Assembly: GCA_049314435.1 (NCBI GenBank)
Contig: JBMOFD010000005.1
Span: 1-42,803 of the forward strand
DNA: 42,803 nt
DNA from: Chlamydiia bacterium
GTDB taxonomy: Bacteria > Chlamydiota > Chlamydiia > Chlamydiales > JBMOFD01
Direction: 5' to 3'
A program made the translations under genes and the position numbers. Shown piece by piece: positions 39,551 through 42,803 of the stretch; position 1 is the first letter of the stretch; every line of letters begins with the position of its first letter. The notes beneath the pieces were generated by a model that had not been told where the DNA came from, made no database searches, and saw only the letters and a program-made list of their open reading frames with translations.

Positions 39551-41017
39551 ATGACACGGAATTCACAGCGCATTCCTGCTTTCCTCACGCAAGCCTGGAT
39601 GGCCGCTGCATGCATCGGCCTAATCGGGACCGCGTCAGGGCAGGCATTTGAGTTCGGGGAAGTTGCCATCGGGACGGGCTACCGTCAAGATGCCAGTTCG
39701 TTGAGCATCTGCTCGACCCTGAGCGACCCTGACTACTTCGGATACGGGAAGATGAGAGCCCGTAACGTTCGGATTTGGGAAATTGGCATAGGGGTTGCCG
39801 CAAGCCTGATGGATCAGGCTTATGTTCGTGCATCCTTTGCATACGGCTTCGTCCTCGGTGGTAAGGTAGTTGACTCCGGTATTGCTGATATTAGCAGCGA
39901 TCCGTTCAACGCAGTGATCGGCGAGCTCTACGGCAGCTGCTGCGGATGCGCTCCTTGCGTAGATCCAGGACCTTGTTCCTGTGATTGCGACGGAGCGATC
40001 TATCGGCACACCGTACCGGTGACCGCCACCGTCAAGGGTAATACCTTTGATTTCGATTTGGCCTTCGGGTACGAGTTCCGTCCTTGTGGCGGCATGATGA
40101 TTGCTCCGGTGATCGGTTACCAGTTCAATCAGCAGAGACAGCGTTGGGACCAGTCGATCTGGGGCCCTATCAGCCTAGCGGTTAATCCGTTGTCCAATTC
40201 GGGTGGCAATTTAGGAAACATTGGTAGCCTTTGCGGCTATGATGTTCCGTACGATCTAGACTCCGAAGGTTTGATCACACAGGATGACGGGATCTACTAT
40301 GGTGACCTGGACGCGTTGAATAATCCTGAAGTGCTTGGCTATGCGCTGATTGGTAATGCTCGGCTCAATAGTACAATTGGCACGGGTGAAACAGCTGTGA
40401 CGACTGAGAATGGACTGTTAGGTCCGCAGTGTGTTGGCTTCGGTGACTGCTTTAACGGGACTGTCTACAGAGCTCGTTGGAATGGTCCTTATATCGGAAT
40501 TGACCTCGGCTGGGAGTTCACAAGCAACTGGCGCGCAGCTGCGTCATATGCTCTGCACTTCTCGCACTACAACGGCGAGTTCACAACATTCGGCGGGAAT
40601 CAGGGAAGTCAGTGCGATTGCAACTTCTGCCCTCAGTGGCTGGAGATCTGTGGCGCGCCTGCTAATGACCTGACGCTCACCCCAGTCGGGTTTGCGCCTA
40701 GTCAGATGGGCTTCGCAACATGGGGCATTGGGCAAGAGGTGAATCTCGCAACAGACTATCGTTGTGGAGATTGGGCCATCGGGCTGGCATTGGGCTACCA
40801 ATACCGTCAGGTGTCACATTGCATCCCATCCGATCCTTGCGGAAGCTGCACAGAAGTGTGCAACGGAGCCTTGGGCGGACACTATGTGAACCCCAATGCT
40901 GACGTGCTGTCGGTTGTTCCTGACAACGGGTCATCTCCGATCTGGCAGTTTGCTAACATGCAGAGAGCTCGTTGGAGCTCCTTCACTGCACTCATCACAC
41001 TGGAGTATATGTTCTAA
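39551..41017 (+). CDS. Cys-rich outer-membrane beta-barrel protein, copy 2 (close paralogue)
   Basis: Nearly identical protein to 37543..39012; terminal LEYMF. Confidence 0.8.
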   Translation: MTRNSQRIPAFLTQAWMAAACIGLIGTASGQAFEFGEVAIGTGYRQDASSLSICSTLSDPDYFGYGKMRARNVRIWEIGIGVAASLMDQAYVRASFAYGFVLGGKVVDSGIADISSDPFNAVIGELYGSCCGCAPCVDPGPCSCDCDGAIYRHTVPVTATVKGNTFDFDLAFGYEFRPCGGMMIAPVIGYQFNQQRQRWDQSIWGPISLAVNPLSNSGGNLGNIGSLCGYDVPYDLDSEGLITQDDGIYYGDLDALNNPEVLGYALIGNARLNSTIGTGETAVTTENGLLGPQCVGFGDCFNGTVYRARWNGPYIGIDLGWEFTSNWRAAASYALHFSHYNGEFTTFGGNQGSQCDCNFCPQWLEICGAPANDLTLTPVGFAPSQMGFATWGIGQEVNLATDYRCGDWAIGLALGYQYRQVSHCIPSDPCGSCTEVCNGALGGHYVNPNADVLSVVPDNGSSPIWQFANMQRARWSSFTALITLEYMF

Positions 41018-41043
41018 GCATCTCCTAGATGCCGAATGTATCG

Positions 41044-41071
41044 GGCCGTCCGCGAGGACGGCCTTTTTTTT
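41044..41071 (+). terminator. Rho-independent terminator
   Basis: GGCCGTCC-GCGA-GGACGGCC followed by T8. Differences from copy 1 preserve pairing and the GNRA loop. Confidence 0.9.
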
Positions 41072-41085
41072 GTCTGTGAAAGGTC

Positions 41086-42405
41086 TTAGAGATTCGGTTC
41101 TTCAAAATCGAGAGAACGTCCGAAGCACTCGTCGATCGAATTCAGTCCCCAAGCAGCTCCAAGTAGAGTCACCGACCCTAAGACGAGAATCGAATAGGGG
41201 ATTCCCAGAAAGGGAGTGAGCCATCCAAACGCAAGAAAGATGCACAGGGGGGAAGCTCGAACCAAGTTAGGCAATACGGAAGCTGCTCTCCCACGGAGAT
41301 TTTGCCCAAAACTTTCGATGCAGCTCGTCAAAAAGAGAATCCAGAAACCACTCCCGAGACCCAACAAGGCACTCCAGACCAGGAATGATGTCGTCGTTGG
41401 AACGCTGTCCAAGCAAAGACCGAACAGACCGCCAGCTGAAATGCACAAGAAAAGGCTGATAATTCTCTTCCTAGATCCCACTAAATGACTCAAGCCAGAG
41501 GCCAGAGCATCGCCGCCCACGTAGGCCAGCTGCATAGGAATCAACACTTCGGCGCTTGAGATCACTGGGGAAAGACCCAAAGCCGCGCTTAGCTCAGGTG
41601 TGAATCCGGTTACTAGGGAAAAAAGAGAGATCAGAGGTAGCCCGATCAGCACAAAAGCGAGGAGTCTACGCCGCACAGCCTTGTGCACCAAGAAGGTGAA
41701 TAGAAGGGATGGGATCGGGCTCGGCGGCTGTTTTGATGAATCTATTATCAGACGACGCATGAATAACAGAAGAATGCCTGCTCCGCCTCCTAGGATGAAG
41801 GCGCTGGTCCATGAGAAATATTCGTGGCAGAAACAGGCGATCAAGGCGCCAGATAGGCCGATGAATACGAGGCTTAGGGAGCCTGTCCATCGATGTCGGG
41901 CGGGTAAGAGCTCTTGTACAAGGGCGGCGCCGAGGCCGAGTTCTCCCGCAATACCGAGACAGCTCACAAAGCGCAGCGCAGCGAACGAGGTCAGGGAAGT
42001 CGCGGAGGCGGTAAGTAGGGTGGCGATGCCGTAGGTGCCGATCGATAGAAGGAGACCCGTTCGTCGTCCGTAGCGATCGCCCAGCCATCCGAAGAGAAAT
42101 CCACCAGCCAGTAAGCCGCACATTTGCCAGTTAAAGATGGAGAGTCCGGCGGACAACTGATCCTGGGCCTCTATCCCAATGGAAAGGAGGATCTCGGGGC
42201 GGTATAACGCAAAAAGCCAGAGATCATAGACGTCGACAAGGTAGCCTATCGAGACGATGGCCACAGAGAGGGCGAGGGCTAAAGTGGAAGGTCTGCCGCT
42301 GCTTGAATTCTCTTCAACCGCCAACGGTGGAACAGATATGTCGATCGATGAGGCGAGAGGAGGATCTTCTGCGGACAATATCGACTCATTATCAGGTAGG
42401 CGCAA
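41086..42405 (-). CDS. Major facilitator superfamily transporter
   Basis: GYLVDVYD, motif A GWLGDRYGRR, RFVSCLGIAGE and ESFGQNLRG; about 12 TM segments. Confidence 0.92.
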   Translation of the reverse strand: MRLPDNESILSAEDPPLASSIDISVPPLAVEENSSSGRPSTLALALSVAIVSIGYLVDVYDLWLFALYRPEILLSIGIEAQDQLSAGLSIFNWQMCGLLAGGFLFGWLGDRYGRRTGLLLSIGTYGIATLLTASATSLTSFAALRFVSCLGIAGELGLGAALVQELLPARHRWTGSLSLVFIGLSGALIACFCHEYFSWTSAFILGGGAGILLLFMRRLIIDSSKQPPSPIPSLLFTFLVHKAVRRRLLAFVLIGLPLISLFSLVTGFTPELSAALGLSPVISSAEVLIPMQLAYVGGDALASGLSHLVGSRKRIISLFLCISAGGLFGLCLDSVPTTTSFLVWSALLGLGSGFWILFLTSCIESFGQNLRGRAASVLPNLVRASPLCIFLAFGWLTPFLGIPYSILVLGSVTLLGAAWGLNSIDECFGRSLDFEEPNL

Positions 42406-42803
42406 GGAGGCTCCAGCGGGGATCGCACTTGTGGACTCACTGTAGCCAGATTTACATTACTGAGAAACTGCGGGTGTGCCGAATCGAGGGAGGTCATCCC
42501 TTGCTTGATGTCCGAGGTATAGGGCCTCTCCGGACCAGCCGGGTCTCGGCTAATCGCCGGTCTTGTTAGCGATCACGCATGGCCTTTATGGCATTGCAAG
42601 CCTGCGCTAGGCGTTGTGGCCTCGTTCGTAAGGCCGGCCACGTCAGCGGGGCCGGAGTCCGGTAAGCTGATGTGTCCGAGAGAATTGCTGGATCAACGCT
42701 GGCCGGAAATCCACCGCACTAACGAACTAGGCCCTTTCTTTGCGCAGTCTCTAAAGCCTGCATCCTCCGAGATGAAGTGCAGGCTATCTCGCCACGTCGA
42801 GTA

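Noticed and set aside
42500..42803. Hairpin-rich end region as tmRNA, RNase P RNA or intron; open frame from ATG 42670 running off the window
   Set aside because: Several short stems exist (e.g. AGCCTGCA/TGCAGGCT near 42755-42786), but I see no conserved tmRNA, RNase P or intron motifs. The partial frames on either strand are too short to call.

Overview
This is a GC-rich (about 55-60% by eye) bacterial chromosomal segment, most consistent with an environmental Chlamydiae lineage. The evidence is the kdsB-pyrG-yqgF gene order, a chlamydial-type yhhQ-tgt queuine-salvage pair, Pom-like outer-membrane beta-barrels, and several ORFans with Ser/Pro/Thr-rich N-termini. Housekeeping genes include beta-carbonic anhydrase, rnr, folD, galE, a phosphoglycosyl transferase, pyrG, kdsB, an APC permease, malic enzyme, lemA/TPM, tgt/yhhQ and an MFS transporter. 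These are interleaved with candidate host-directed effectors. The most notable signal is a 3037-aa protein whose residues ~355-690 read as a eukaryote-type FAM46/TENT5 terminal nucleotidyltransferase with intact catalytic Asp residues, preceded by a degenerate copy of the same fold. Other points of interest: three DUF4116-type 25-aa repeat proteins (one with an IpaH/NEL-like Cys domain, two in a tandem unit with a recombination signature); a polyprenyl synthase that has lost its Asp-rich motifs; a tRNA-Arg(UCG)-like RNA with a broken T-arm; and twin Cys-rich porin genes sharing a 470-bp identical tract and covarying structured leaders. I found no CRISPR array, transposase, integrase or rRNA. 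All family assignments come from motif recognition by eye and recalled sequences, not database searches.
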